NCBI RefSeq assembly: GCF_009914755.1
Contig: NC_060930.1
Origin: the human T2T-CHM13v2.0 reference genome, Homo sapiens
Reading direction: 5' to 3' (one strand)
DNA length: 64,000 nucleotides
In this document: one piece after another, positions 37,420 through 52,489 of the stretch
Position numbering within the stretch: position 1 is the stretch's first letter
How the letters are laid out: every line of letters begins with the position of its first letter
Position numbers and translations under genes: made by a program
Notes under the pieces: model-generated
What the model was told of the DNA's origin: nothing
Databases searched by the model: none
What the model saw: only the letters and a program-made list of their open reading frames with translations

Positions 37420-38860
37420 TTGCTCTATCAGTTTGCATTCCTGCTGCTATGTATGAGAGTTCCAGATCTTCCACATCCTTGTCAACACTTGATACTGTCA
37501 GTATTTTAGCCGTTCTAACAGGTGTGCAGTGGTACTTATCATAGTTTGTATATGCATTTTCTTAATGGAAAACTGAGATTTTGTGTGTAGACAATCAGGT
37601 TGTCTGTGAGGAGGAGCACTTTCATTTCTGTTTTTCTGTAGGTCTTTTCACTACTGTATTCTGATTGCAGAAGGAAACCATTCAGTCTTTCACCAGTAAG
37701 TATAATGTTAACTGTAGGGTTTTTATAATGCTTTCTAATCAAGTTGATGAAGTTTCCTTCTATTCCTAGTTTGCTGAAAGTTTCTAAGTGATAAATAGAG
37801 TTTGCATTTTATCACATGCTTAATCTGCATTAATTTATATAATCTTATGGAATGTATATTTTAATGTGAATTACATTGACTAATTTTAAATATCAAACCA
37901 GCTTTGTATGCTCACGAAACCTCCCTTTGTAGTGATATATTTTTCCTCTTATATATTGCTGAATTCCATTTGATAATACCTGATTGAGAATCTTTAAAAT
38001 CAAAATTCAGGAGGCATATTGGTCTGTGGGTTTGTTGGTTTGCCTTTTTTTTGGTCTGGTTTTAGCATCAGGGTAATGTTACACTTATAAAATAGGTTGG
38101 TAAATGTTTGCCTGTCTTCTGCTTTCTGAAACAGATGTATAGAATTTTCAAGTTTTTTCTTTCTATTTTTCATATGGATAATTTCTTTGCTCTTTCTTTA
38201 GTCAATTCCATTCTCTGCTATTAAGTTTATTCTTCAAGTATTTTACTTCTATCACTATATATATATATCTCCATTTTATAATTTCAATTTATATATTTTA
38301 TTTTTATTTGTTAAAAATGTTCATGATTATACATTTGAGCAATTTAAAAATAGCTGCTTTAATATCCCTGTCAGATAATTCCAACATCTACATCATCTGA
38401 TTGTAGGCATCTGTTGATTGTATTTTCCCATCAAAGTTGACATTTTCATCTCTCTTCACGTATATATTTTCTATCGTATCCTGGATATTTTGATTATTAT
38501 GTTATAGGACTCTGGGTTTTACTTAAATCCTATGGAAAATGTTGATATTTTTGGTTTTGCAGGCAATCTACTTGTTAAAACAAAAGTTCAGGCTGCAAAC
38601 TTCTACCCATCTTCTATAGCATATAGTTACTGCTTCAGTTCAATTTCAAAGTTTTTGCAGTGGCTCAGTACTATTTGGATTTGTCCCTTGTGTACACTAC
38701 TCAGTTGTCAGTCTGGGACCTATATAATAACCTATGCATTAGCTCAGTTCTCCAAACTCTTTGGTATGCTGACTAGAACCAGATTCATGCATATGCAGGT
38801 TGAAGTCAGCCCAGAAGTTCATAAACAACTTTATGGGTTCTCTTCCTGAGTTCTCATTCA
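37420..38860 (-). mobile_element. Old L1M fragments
   Basis: cacatccttgtcaacacttg, gaagtttccttctattcctagtttgctga. Confidence 0.6.
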
Positions 38861-39701
38861 TTATAGCATCTCATTCCATAAAATAGATGAAGTGCTGCTC
38901 TGGGCATGGCAGCACTGTTGATTTTTATAAGGTTGGGACAAGTAAACGGGATAAAAAACAAAAACAGATTGGTTAACATAAGATTACTTCAGTTGCTTTT
39001 AAGAGTTAAAGCAAAGAGGACTTCATAATTACACTGGCTTAGGTCAAATGGGCCCTTTCTAATTGGTTGCTGCAAATATGCTAATTTCAGGAAAGTATTA
39101 TTTAGTATTCCATGACTAGGTTAAATTAAAACACAGAGTGAGAACAAATAGGTCTAGAATCTGATCCCATAAAAGGGAGCAGTAGTGCAATTTGAGCAGT
39201 TATGTTAGGAATGTTGCTAAAGTGAGCTCATGGGTGGACTAAAGGATCTCTTACATAATGTAAAGATTTGGGTTTGGCATGAGAGATTCAACACTCCCTC
39301 AAGTTACCCACAGAAGCTACTAATTGTGAGACTTTAATGACAGTATTATACTTCCAAGCAAAAGAGGGAAACATAGGAAAGGAAAATAATTAAGAGGGGT
39401 AAGAGTCTCATGATGATGAATCTTATTCTTATGTCTTGGGAAAAGCTGTCCACAACTTGAAGTTGTCAACTTCTCATCCTGTTTGCAGTATGAAGGTCTC
39501 TGGTTGTGGCATTTGTCATTTCAGTGAACTCTCAAGGCACAAAGTTGCCCCTAGAAAATGATGTTGACTTGTCGGGCTCCAGATTATAGGGCTTCAAGAA
39601 CAGAACTGTTCTTGTCACTAGTGGAAGCCAGATATTGAAGGGAACAAGAAAAGTTTGAGGATCCAGTCCAATCTACAGGTAGATAATAAAAATTCAAAAA
39701 C

Positions 39702-40150
<449 letters not shown>

Positions 40151-40222
40151 TTACTCTCATCATACTTTGCCTGATTATGTAAGCACAGCAAAAATAGTGA
40201 TTGACAATATAGGCCCCTTTTT

Positions 40223-42062
40223 CACGTTGAAGACTTCTGATACAACTATGAAGCAAATCCTTATTTTTTTTTTTTTTAAACTTGTTTTAGGTTTAGGGGT
40301 ACATGCTATATAAGTAAACTTGTGTCACAGCGGTTTGTTTTACAGATTATTTCATGAGCCAGGTATTAAGCCTAGTACCCAATAGTTACATTTTCTTCTC
40401 CTCTCCCTCCTCCCACCCTCCACCCTCAAGTAGACCCCAGGTTCTGTTTTTCCCTTCTTTGTATTCATGAGTTCTCATCATTCAGCTCTCACTTATAAGT
40501 GAGAATATGTGTTATTTGGTATTCTATTCCTGTGTTAATTTGCTAAAGATAATAGCCTCGTGCTCCATCCATGCTCCTTCAAAACATGATCTTGTTCTTT
40601 TTCATGGCTATATAGTATTCCATGATGTATATGTACCACATTTTCTTTATCCAATGTGTCATCGATGGACATTTAGGTTGATTCCATGTCTTTGCTATTG
40701 TGAATAGTGCTGCAGTGAGCATTCACGTGCATGTGCCTTTATGGTAGAATGATTTATATTCCTCTGGGTATACACCCAGTAAAGGGATTGCTGGGCTTAA
40801 TGGTAGTTCTGCTTTTAGCCCTTTGGAGGATCGCCATTCTCCTTTCCACAATTGTTGAGCTAATTTACACTCCCACCATCAGTATCTAAGTGTTTCCTTT
40901 TCTCCGCAACCTCACCAGCATCTGTTATTTTATGACTTTCTAACAATAGCCATTCTGACTGGTGTGAGATGGTATCTCACTGTGGCTTTGATTTGCATTT
41001 CTCTAATTCTCAGTGATATTGAGCTGTTTTTCATAAGCTTGTCAGCCACATGTATGTCTTATTTTGAGAAGTGTCTGTTCATGTCCTTTGCCCACTTTTT
41101 AATGGGATTGTTTGTTTTTCTTGTAAATTTGATTATGTTTCTTATAAATCTGACCTTTGTCAGATGCATAGTTTGCAAATATTTTATCCCATTTTGTAGA
41201 TTAACTGTTTACTCTCCTAATAATTTCTTTTGTTGTGCAGAAGCTCTTAAGTTTAATTAGATCCCATTTGTCAATTTTTGGTTTTGTTAAGATTGCTTTC
41301 AATGTCTTTGTCATAAAATCTTTGCCCATTCCTGTGTCCAGGATGGTATTGCCTAGGTTGTCTTCCAAGAGTTTACAATTTTGCTTTTTACATTTAAGTC
41401 TTTAATCCATCTTGATATGATTTTTGTATATGGTGTAAGGAAGGGGTACAGCTTCAATCTTCTGCACATGGCTAGCCAGTTATCCCAGCACCATTTACTG
41501 AATAGGAAATCTTTTACCATTGCTTATTTGTTTAGCATTGTTGAAGATCAGATGGCCGTAGGTGTGCAGCCTGATTTCTGGGCTCTCTATTCTGTTCCAC
41601 TGGTCTGTGTGCCTGTTTTTGTACCAGTACCATGCTGCTTTGGTTACTGTAGCCTGTAGTATGGTTTGAAGTCAGGTAACATGATGCATCCAGCTTTGTT
41701 CTTTTTGTTTATGATTGCCTTGACTATTCAGGCTTTTTTTTTTTTGGTTCCATATGAATTTTAAAATAGTTTTTCCTAGTTCTATGAAGAATGTCATTGG
41801 TAGTTTGATAGGAATAGCATTGAATATATAAATTGCTTTGAGCAGTATGCAATTTTGATAATATTGATTCATCCTCTCCATGAGCATGGGATGCTTTTCT
41901 ATTTCTTTGTCTTTTCTGATTCTTTGAGCCATGTTTTGTAATTCTCATTGTAGAGATCTTTTACCTTACTGGTTACCTGTATTCCTAGGTATTTTATTCT
42001 TTTAGTGGCAATTGTGAATGGGATTGCCTTCCTGATTTACCTCTCAGCTTGGCTGTTGTTGG
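40223..42062 (-). mobile_element. 5'-truncated LINE-1 (about L1PA13-15) with probable short 3' transduction
   Basis: ORF2 and 3'UTR homology from 40264 to 42062; TSD ggccccttt at 40212-40220 and 42061-42069. Confidence 0.88.
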
Positions 42063-44337
42063 CCCCTTTAAGTTTACTTTCCTGAATCTTTTTATAAGAA
42101 ATATCAGATTTGGCTTTTAAAAGCCTCTCAAAGCTATAATGTCAAGCCAAGGACTCATCATCAAACTTTGCCTGCAATACCTATAGATTTTAGTGAATTC
42201 CTCTTGTCTTGGGCTCTCCAAAATATCCTGAGGTTCCTGGGCCTGCCAGGAAGTGAGAGCCACTATGAGGCTGAGAATCTTTGAAGCTAGATGTTCTTTG
42301 TATCTTCTCAAATATAGTATCCCAGTCAGAGTCTTAGTAATATAACCGGTATTTCCAATTCTGTCCTGTTATAAAGAAAACAGAGTCTTATTGAACTTTT
42401 GCAATTCACTGTATTGCCAAGAAATAAGAAAATCAACAAGTAGCTTTGTGAATTCTGGAAGAATCAGGTAGGGAGAAAAGGTAAATATTTTAATTCTGTT
42501 TACAAAAGCGTATGTTACCAATATGCTATAGATAGCTTAAGAAAAAATTTAAAATTTCCTTAGTTCAGGAAAATAAAACATTTAAGAACCTCCAAAATTT
42601 TGAATAGAAAGTCAAAAAACATTATCCTCAGCAGAATGAACATCATGCAATTCTTATTTTGCTTTATCTTGTTACAGCTGTTGCATGAAGCCATTAGGTT
42701 TTTCATTAGAGTTTTAAAAATTCTTACCCAGTCCAATGATAAGATCACAAAGTTATCAGCAGCAATCTGTATTTCAGAGTACCTGTCAGAGTCTTTTTCA
42801 TGAATGTCCTTGAAGATAAGGCAATTTTAAACTGTAGCTGATTACAAACACTTTCAGAGAAGAATCAAAGTAAAGCAATTAACTGTCCATGAACGACAAG
42901 AGTTCAATTGCCCATTGTTAAAAAATCTGATGACAGCTTATTATAACAATAATGTAATTACAAGGAGATGTGGTTATTTTTGTGACATAACTATATTTTA
43001 GACTTGGATGTTACTACCTTTTAGGATGTAAAGAAAAAGAGATTGAGTGAAGTTAGAAGCAATTTTTTTAAACTTGAATATTACAAATGTTAACTTTCTA
43101 TATGCTCCAACTTAACTGAACCTTAGAATTGAATTCTATATTGTGTTTGAAAAACAGTGGTAAAAAAAGGGAGAAGCAAGCTTTTGAGAAATGCAACTGC
43201 TTAGATTTATAAACTAGACAACTAGCAGCATCTAGTGGTCATGCTCATGATCAACCCCTGTCTTCATTTTCATTGTTGCTTGGAATTAACTTGCATTCCA
43301 AGGCTTGGCAGATATTTTGAATTAAGTAAAAACCACATGTGAAAAAAAAACAAAAAACTTAAACTAAACATCAGTTTCAATGTATATGTGTTGTAAACAT
43401 ACAACACATATACTGTTGTTTATAATTGCGTTCAATTTCTGATAGAATTTAATACATTGAATAAAACTTATCTAAGACAGTGTTCAGCTGCTTTATTTGT
43501 CTTAAGAAGGGTTGTGATTTTGCCACATTTAGGGGACTGGACTTAATTTTATCAATTTCAATATTAAATGTTCAGTTGATATTTTGGAACTATTATGGAA
43601 AACTGTATTATTTTAACTGATAATATTGACATGGATTTTGAACAAATATTTATTTTATTCATTTGTTTGAAATTGAGTTATAAGCACAACAGTTTTCCAT
43701 CCTTGAAAGCACATGACAGTGAGGTTTATACACATGGTTAAAAAATGATAATAGGTAATAATTACTTGGTGGCAAAAGAAAGGTAGCCAGGAGTTTTTAT
43801 GATTCTCATGACCAATCTGCAAATAAATAATCAAAAGTTGAATGCAGATTAAAAACTGTCAGGAAATGGGTGATTTCTACTAACATCATTCAAATGCTCT
43901 AAAAATTATCTATTTCACATGCTGATAGTATGTTACATGGATACTAAATACACAAGGATTATAAGCAAAAATGCAGGAGGGGAAATGGAAGAAAGAGACT
44001 AATGACGTTTATGCACCTTTCAAGTGCCAGGCACTGGGTTGTGCTTCATGTGCATCCATCATTATCCTTCATCTCCATGACAATTCTACTGGCAGGTGTC
44101 TTTGTCCCCCATTTAATAGATAATGGAATGAAGTCCTGCTCCTGTGATCACACAAGTAGTAAGTGACCAAGGTAAATTTGAATTTGACCAAATCTGACTA
44201 AAAATTGATGTTCTCAGAGTTTATCAACTCATTATATACACAAAATCTATAGTCTGGGAAAAAAAGTTTTTTACAATATCAGCATTTTTTTAGTCCTGTC
44301 ATTGTTTTGCAAGCCCTGAAAAGACATAACTTCAGAG

Positions 44338-44911
44338 TAAAGGAGTGAACAATGTGCCATCCCCAAATATGCCTACTTGGTATGTTGATTATTCTGAGTT
44401 AAAAACATTAGAGAAATAATTTCAGAAAGGCTGAGCTGACCTATCTCTTTCTACCTGCAGCAAACAATAAAGATTCCTCTGGAAGGGGTACTCTCTCCAT
44501 ATCAGGGTCAGAAAATAGCCCGTATCACCAGAGACTTGGAATTGAAGGCTACAGTGGACCTAAATAAACATAATTAATGAAGTAATCCTCATCCTTCACC
44601 TGTTTTACACTTTCCCATGTATTTCTTAGTAACTCCCCTGGAAAATTTTTACCACTGTAGCCAGATTTTCTTTGTCCTATCATTTCTTCTCAAATCTATC
44701 ACTCTATGTCTAAAAAGTATCAAGGCATCTTGCTTTGGCCACTTCTTTTGACTTCCCTCTCTTGTGAAGAACCCCATGTGCATGTAAAACTAATAAAATT
44801 TGTATGCTTTTCTCTTATCAACCTGCCTGGTGTCAATCTGGTTTCTCCATCCAGCTGAAGAACCTATTAAGAGTTAAAAGGGGGGTTGGAGGTGACCCCT
44901 GGCTCCCTACA
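44338..44911 (+). mobile_element. MER34-family ERV1 solo LTR
   Basis: aatgtgccatccccaaatatgcc..gattattctgag; internal aataaa; ends ccctaca; TSD agag/agtg. Confidence 0.75.
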
Positions 44912-44989
44912 AGTGTCATCTGTTATCTTGAAAGATGCTCCACTGGTCAAGCATGACTCTTACTCATCAGTGAACAAACATTTTCATTT

Positions 44990-45600
44990 TACACATTTAT
45001 TCAACTATTCTCTCAGGTACTTGTAGGACTGGAGAACAAAACAGGTAGGACATTGCTTTCATGGAGTTATGGTCTAGTTGGGAAAGATGTAACAGGTTTC
45101 AAAGGTAATAAAACTGTGCTAAACATGAAAGGAACAAATACACAATGCTTGGAAATGTTTTGAAACCTCCACAATTAAAGATAAGGCTTAAGATAAAAAT
45201 CTAAGTTAGAAGTGGTATTACAAAATAAATGTATATAGCATTAGAGATTTATTCATTCAAAAATCATACATTTTGCACCTATGATGTGGTGCTGTTGATA
45301 TCAAACAGATGATACAAACAGCCTAAACACCAAGAACTCAGTAAAAATATATGCAAACCATTATTCACAATACTGAAGATACACTAGTGTACAATATGTA
45401 CTATAGTGGTAGAGGAGAAGAAGGAATGTTGGTGTCTGCTTTGATGAAACTTGCAGAGTTCACAAAGGAAATATTCAAACTCTGTTGGTTACTATCCAGA
45501 TTAAGGTGTAACAGAAGATAATGACAGAGGAGTCCACATAAAGGCAAGAAAGAGATGGAGAGAAGTAGATGAATTTGAGACATATTTAAAGGCAATAATA
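44990..45600 (-). mobile_element. L2 remnants
   Basis: attcattcaaaaatcatac, gaatttgagacatatttaaagg. Confidence 0.5.
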
Positions 45601-45916
45601 CATTAAGGGTAATGTCTCCTCATTATGATAGAATAGTACACCCTTCCCAAGTAAGTAAGATGAGAAGAAGCTGTTGACTGTGTCTGGCGCACTAACTGGT
45701 CTAAACTGACACGTTCCCTTTCCTTGAAGCCTTCTCAAATGGTCAATAATTATTCGTTTCCTATTTTGGCAATACTGTTTAATATAGGTATAACATTGGT
45801 CCTTAGTTCTTTTTGAAAGTATATTTATTGTCAAAAAGTTAAACTATATATACCTCCATACTTTAGGCCCACAGCAAGAAAGGGCACTTTTATACTTTTT
45901 GGTACATAAACGCATG

Positions 45917-45956
45917 CACACACACACACACACACACAGGCACTCACAGACACACA
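45917..45956. repeat. (CA)n microsatellite
   Basis: Directly visible. Confidence 0.9.
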
Positions 45957-47386
45957 CTTAATAAATGAGAACATACTACTCACAACTCCACTGTCCCTCA
46001 TTTTACCCATCTGTCTGTTTGTGTGTCGGATAGTACCACATATCAATCGTTATTTAGATTGTTTGCAATTTTGCACTATTTAAAACAGTGCCCATCTGTG
46101 TTTATTTTTCATGGCCTAATTTGTGATGATAACCTAGAATAAATTCCTGGAAATGAAACTGCTGAGTTAAAAGGTAAATATTTTTTAATCGATATTGTCA
46201 AATTGCACTCAACAATTTTGTTTTACTTTATATTCTCACCAAGAAACACATTAAGTTCCTGTTTCTGCACACCCACACTCAGTTTAGGAAAGCTTTAAAT
46301 CTGTGCTTCTATGATAGATGAAATATGATACTTAAATGTCAATTTGATTAACTTATGAGTTTGTGTACTTTACCCATTTTTTATTTTATTATTTTTGTTT
46401 CTCTCGTTGTATATGTGTGCTTTGAAATTGAAAGTATAAATGTTTTAATTTCAAAACCCTTATCTACATTAAGTCCTATGTATAAACATTAACTTTTTAT
46501 TTTAATTAAATTTAATTAGTTTAAAAATATTTTAAAACTTGACTATGTAGTTTAAATTTTAACCATCATTTATATATATGTATGACTATACATCTACATA
46601 TCTACATCATGTATTGTAAAATACAGAGGAAGAATTGTCATACTCCTTTCTAAGTTTGTATCAGATGCCAACATTGTATCTTCCAATGATGTGAAATATC
46701 TTAGAGAGTTTCTTTCAAGTGAAGTATTTGTGCTGTTACCACCACCTCGTCTTCAACATCTTTGTCCTTTTTGTCAGAACCACTTTCCTTATGCATGTCA
46801 TTAAGTGGGAACTTCACTAAGTTCCTCTGGCTGTGTAATTAGAGTCTCTTAATGGCAGCTATTTTCCCATAACTCCATTCATATTTGACTCACATTTCCC
46901 TGCTGGTGTTACTTTTTGTTTTTTTGCTGCACTTTTATGTATGTTGACTTCTTTAATTCCCTCTTTGGATTATTCACTTTTATAAAATGTCAGGTGGGTT
47001 TTTCAATAGGAGACCAGGAAGCAACATAACAAAATGCTTTGCTGTCTGTGGGAACTGAATTACAGATGTGCAGTGAACATTCACTAACAAACTTTAAAAG
47101 AAGTGACATCATTGGCCACTGATCACAATGTATCCATGTTATTTACATAAGCATTTACGGTCTGAAAAGCTAGCAGCAACATTTGTACTTTACTCTGTTA
47201 CTCAGTTAATATACTGTGAAAACTAAAATTTGAACTGCGTTGTTGGGGAATTACTATTATTTGGTATTATTTAACTAAATCATGGTAATTGAAATCTGTA
47301 CATATTGGAACTGTGCAAGGAAGGACTATCTGTATACACGTACATATGTGTGTGAGTTTATTTCAATACCATATGTACAAATACAT

Positions 47387-49922
47387 GGTGTTAGTTTATT
47401 AGTGCTGCCATAACAAAGTACACATACTGAATGGCTTAAATAACAGAAATTTATTTTCTCACAGTTCTGGAGACAAGAAGTTGAAATCAAGGTGTTGGCA
47501 GAGGTGGTTTCTTTGAGGCCTTTCTCCTTGCTTTGTGGATGGCCATCTTCTCCCTCTGTCTTCACATGGTTTTTCCTCTGTGTGCTCATATTCCCATGTC
47601 CAAATTTCCTCTTCTTATAAGGACATTAATCATATTGGATTGTAGCCCGCCATATAACCTCACTTTAATTACCTCCTTAAAGGACCTTTCTCCAAATACA
47701 GTCACATTCTAAAGTACTAAGTTTAGGACTTTAACATGTTAATTTTGGATGGCCACAATTCAACCCAAAACCCTCCAACTCTCTGGCCCTCCAAAATTCA
47801 TGTCCTCTTCACATGCAAAATATATGAGTTCTTTCCCAATAGCTCAAAATATTTAACCCATTCCAGTATTGAATCCAAGTCTAAAAGTTCATCTAAATAT
47901 CATCTAAATCAGGCATAGTGAGAATCAAGCTATGATTATCCTCAGGCAAAATTCCTCTTCAGCCTGAACCTATAGAACTGCAAAAGTTATCAACTTACTA
48001 AATGCAATGGTAGGGCTGGCATACAATAAACATCCCATTTCCAAAAGGGATAAATCAGAAAGAAGAAAGGGGTCAGAGGTCCCAGGCAAGTCCAAAACCT
48101 ACCAGGGCAAATTCCAGTATATTTTAAGGGTCAAGGATAATCCCTTTTGTTTCAATTCTTTGTCTTCAGGACCCACTGGGGAGGTGAGCCTGCCCCCCAG
48201 GGCATCTGGGGTGGCAATTTTGCTCCCTTGGCCCTGGATAATGGCAGCCTGGCCTGCTGAAACCAAGGTGGTGGCCCCACCCTCTGAAACTGGAGAAGAG
48301 ACAGCCCTGTCACCCAGGCCTGAGACTCTGAGCCCATGGTAATAGTGGCAGTCCCACCTTTGGAGTCATTTTTCTCTTTTCTTGAAGAATAGCACAGATT
48401 TTCAGCCAGATACCCCAATTGGCCCATCCTATGGAATCTCAGAAGTCTGGTGGCTTTCCTTCACTCTCTCCCATCACTGTCCCTTTTACTCCAAGCTGGC
48501 AGTTTTTCTGCTGATATAAAATTCTCAAAAATAACCTTGTTGACTTCATAGGGATCCAAGCCATCAGACAAGAGTGCCCTCCACATATTTTTCCTGGATA
48601 ATCACATCTCTATTCTTGCCTTCTGGTGAGATCGTTGATTCAATCCATGTGTCACATTCATAATTTCTTTATGAAATGAATGACCAGTCACACCCTTGTT
48701 TTCTGTTCAGAAGAAGCTTTCTCATTTTTTGGCCATATGAATAAACTGATAATTTTCTAAATCTCAAGTTTTGACTCCTTTATTCTTAATGATCCTTTGA
48801 TGTATCTCTCTTCTCTTGCATTTTACCATAAGCATCAAAAAGAAACCTGGCCACACTTTCAAAAGTTTGCTTAGAAATCACCTCAGCTAAAGACCTGGGT
48901 TAATCACAAGTTCTACCTTTCATAAAACACTAGAGCACAATTCAGTCATGTTCTTTGCCACTGTATAATAGGTATTGACTTTGCTCCAGTGTCCAAAACA
49001 TATTTCTCATTTCCACCTAAGGTTTCACAGTAGCACTTTTTAATTTTTTTTTTTTTTGAGACAGAGTCTTGCTGTGTTGCCCAGGCTGGAGTGCAGTGGC
49101 GTGATCTCGGCTCACTGCAACTTCTACCTCCTGGTTCAAGAAATTATCCTGCCTCAAACTCCCAAGTAGCTGGGATTACAGGCATGTACCACCATGCCCA
49201 GCTAATTTTTATATTTTTAGTAGAAATGGGGTTTTGCCTTGTTGGCCAGTCTGGTCTTGAACTCTTGACCTCAAGAGAACTGCCCACCTTGGCCTCTTAA
49301 AGTGCTGGGATTACAGGTGTGAGCCACCGCACCCGGCCCCACAGTAGCACTTTTAATGTCCGTATTTCCACCAACTGTTTCTTTAAGGCAAGCTAAGCTT
49401 TTTCTAACATGGCATCATCAGTCTTCCAGCCTCTACTCGTTACCCATTTCCAAAGCCACTTCCACACTTATTGTTATTTTTACAGTTGGCATCCCACTCT
49501 CAGTATCAAAATCTGTATTAGATTGCTAAGGCTATCATAACAAAAAACAAAATACCATTTCCTGGGGGGTTTGAATAACAGAGATTTATTTTCTAAGAGT
49601 TCTGGAGGCAAGGAGTCTGAGATCACAGTGTTAGCAGAGTTTTGTGATTTGTTTTGCTTTGGTTTTTATTTTTTATTTTTTTAGACTGCCCTCCATAGAT
49701 TGTAGATAGCTTTCTCTCTGTCTTTACATAGTCTTTCCTCTGTGCATGTGTATGTCTAATGTCCAAATTTCCTTTTCTTATAAAGGCACCAATCTACTGG
49801 ATTGGGCCCATCTTACCCTTTTTACCTTAATTACATCTATCCCAAATACAGTCACATTCTGAGGCACTGGATGTGAAGGCTTCAATATAGGATTTTGGAC
49901 ACGCACAATTCAACTCAAAATA
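47387..49922 (-). mobile_element. Two-LTR MaLR provirus (MLT1A/A0-like): LTR 47387-47770, internal 47771-49513, LTR 49514-49922
   Basis: Two similar LTRs in direct orientation (shared gtccaaatttcc..ttataa, ccaaatacagtcacattct, cacaattcaac); MaLR boundary cccactctcagtatcaaaatc|tgtattag. Confidence 0.85.
49041..49338 (-). mobile_element. AluS (Sz-like) inside the MLT1 internal region
   Basis: Full dimer; 15-bp TSD cacagtagcactttt at 49026-49040 and 49340-49354. Confidence 0.93.
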
Positions 49923-49984
49923 TATGATAACACATGCGCCCACACACACATACACGTACATGTATGTGTATACTACTCTAAAAT

Positions 49985-50850
49985 TTGTGTCTACAGCCTA
50001 GACCCCTCTCCCGACTCATATATGCAATTGCGTGAGGGCTAAAAGGCATACAAAAATTAATGTGTCCAAAACTGAGCCTCTGAGAATAATTCCCAAATCA
50101 GCACTTCCTGCACTATTCTTTATTATAGTCAATGGTAACTCCATTTGAATGGACCAAAATTCTTCAAGTCATCCTTGACTCCTCTCTATTTCCCACAACT
50201 ATATCCATGCCTTCCACAAATTCTAATAGTTCTACCTTTCCAAAATACGTACAAAATTTGATTCTCATTCTTACCACCTGGATTCCGGCAACTGTCGTCT
50301 CTGAAGGATTGTTGCATTAGCCCCCTCACTGATATTGCTTCTTCTGCTCTTCCTCACGTATATTGTACCCTCAAGCAATAGGCATAACAGTTCTAGGAAA
50401 ATAAGAAACCATCAGTTTCTCAAAACCCTCCAGTGACTCCCATCTCATTCAATGAAAAACTAAATTCCTTAATGTTACCTCCAAAGCTCCCTATTTTCTA
50501 GTTTTCTCTACTTTTCTTACTTTTTTCCCTAGCTATTCTCCAATTCAAGAACCCCTTGGTCCCACTGAACATGTCATGTATGTTTTGACTTCAATTGGTA
50601 ATCTCAATGCCTTGGTATTCTCTCTCCAGATGTTCATATGACTACTGTGATCACTTCCTCAGGATTTTATTGAAATGTTCATTTTCTTTAAGGCTTTTAC
50701 TGCATATCTGAATAGCACTGCCACTTCTAGAGCCCCTTTCCTGTATTAATGTTTCTCCTTAAAAATTATCAATATCCATTCTACTATATATTTTATTTGT
50801 TTATTTTATAAGTTATCAAGAAACAGTAGATTTAAAACTAATTTTGTCAA
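49985..50850 (+). mobile_element. L2 fragment
   Basis: tgtgtccaaaactgag, aagtcatccttgactcctctct, ctcaaaaccctccagtgactccc. Confidence 0.75.
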
Positions 50851-52489
50851 CATCAAGTTACTCCTCCATGTATAGTATCCTGGGCTTATGTATGTTTGGT
50901 AGAATGCTATTATCTGACCTTTTACAATTTAAATTAATGTTGCTCTATACAACTCGCCAATTAATGATTTTGCTTTCATAATTGGTAATTACATAGATTT
51001 TGTGAGATAATTATAAATTTCTGAGAAAATTTAAAAATAGCCATTCAACTTAATTGAATCATTTATGGTTGTTATTGATAACTTGATCTTATGAAATTTT
51101 TAATGATAGTCTTTGACAACCTATTGTGAATAGGCAAAACCTTTTAAAATAATGTTCAGATGATTTTTTAACAATGTTTAGGTTTTTAAAACTTTTAATC
51201 TTGATATGGAAAATAGAGTACACCACCTGACTCACCAGACTTTTATAACATTAGTGCATATAATCTTTGAACTACATTATGGACAAGATAAGAATGTTGG
51301 TCCATACAGCTGTGAGGTCAAGGCCAGGTTTGCTGTCTTTTAGGAAGAATGTAAGGACAATAGGAGAATATGCCCTCTTTCGTTAATATCCATTGTTTCA
51401 GAGGCCATATTAAAATTGTAGTATATTACACAAGTCTATAAGGAAGGTTACTCTTTCTGGCTGAAAAAACCTGTGAGTTTTCTCCTCCTGTTATAATGTT
51501 TATCCTTAATTCAATTGACTATGAACAAGCAACAGCATATTCACTCAGGTGAAACAATCATACAGGACCTATTCTCCTGTTGTGGGTGTGGTTTGACATA
51601 TTTCCTAGAAGCTATATACTACATATTGACTGAAAAGATACAACAAAATTCCTAATGGGTAGAAGTCCCCACCCAGGCCCAGAAAATAGAAAGAAATTTC
51701 TCTACTAAGTTATTAATTTGGAAATGTATTTCTTCATTTTGTGAGTTCCTAAATTGTATGGCTTAAAAAAAAATCACACCAGATAATTTAAAAGTATTTT
51801 GACTAGTTGCTATACTGTTGTTAATTTTTCACTTTTATCTGGAGAATTAATTAAAATTTAAGGAGATAATTCTAGAGTCTAGAAATTCCACAGCCTTAAG
51901 TTTTGCAGCTGATACATTTTTTTTAAAAAGGCCAAAGTTTGGTACAAACCTAGTATCTCCACTCTCTTCATATTTCTAGGATTCCTTCCTTATTATAATC
52001 CAATAAAAAAGAGTTAGACTTCTCTTCTCACAGGATCAATAGGAAATCTAGTCTCTTTCAAGGTCTCCCTCCCCAAGTCTTTGGGAGGAGGGGATGTCTT
52101 AAAAGTGCCTATGTGATCCACAAATTTATCTAATTTATTTCTCATCACAGTAAATCTGTCTACTACTTCAGATCTTCTACTGTCACATTTTGCAGTGTCA
52201 TAACCATCTTTTTTGGCTGTGTGTGGTTTCTATGTTTGTATAACTTCTCACTAAGTGTAGGCTGCTCTTCTTCCATACATTATTTAATTAAGTAACATCT
52301 CAGATGTAATATTTCAATACACTTCATTGAAGGTTTTTGACAAAAGTAAATAATTAAAAGCTAGGGTGAAAAGTACATTGTACATACTAGATGATGTGGC
52401 TCCTGAATTTCACAGGATACGTTCTTCCACTAAACATTCCCCACTCTCTTCACTCTTCTTAAGTCTAAAAAGTGCCACCATATTACAAG

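Noticed and set aside
43223-43241. CTCF-like motif tgaccactagatgctgcta (minus strand)
   Set aside because: Mismatches at core GGC positions; cannot be supported without ChIP data.
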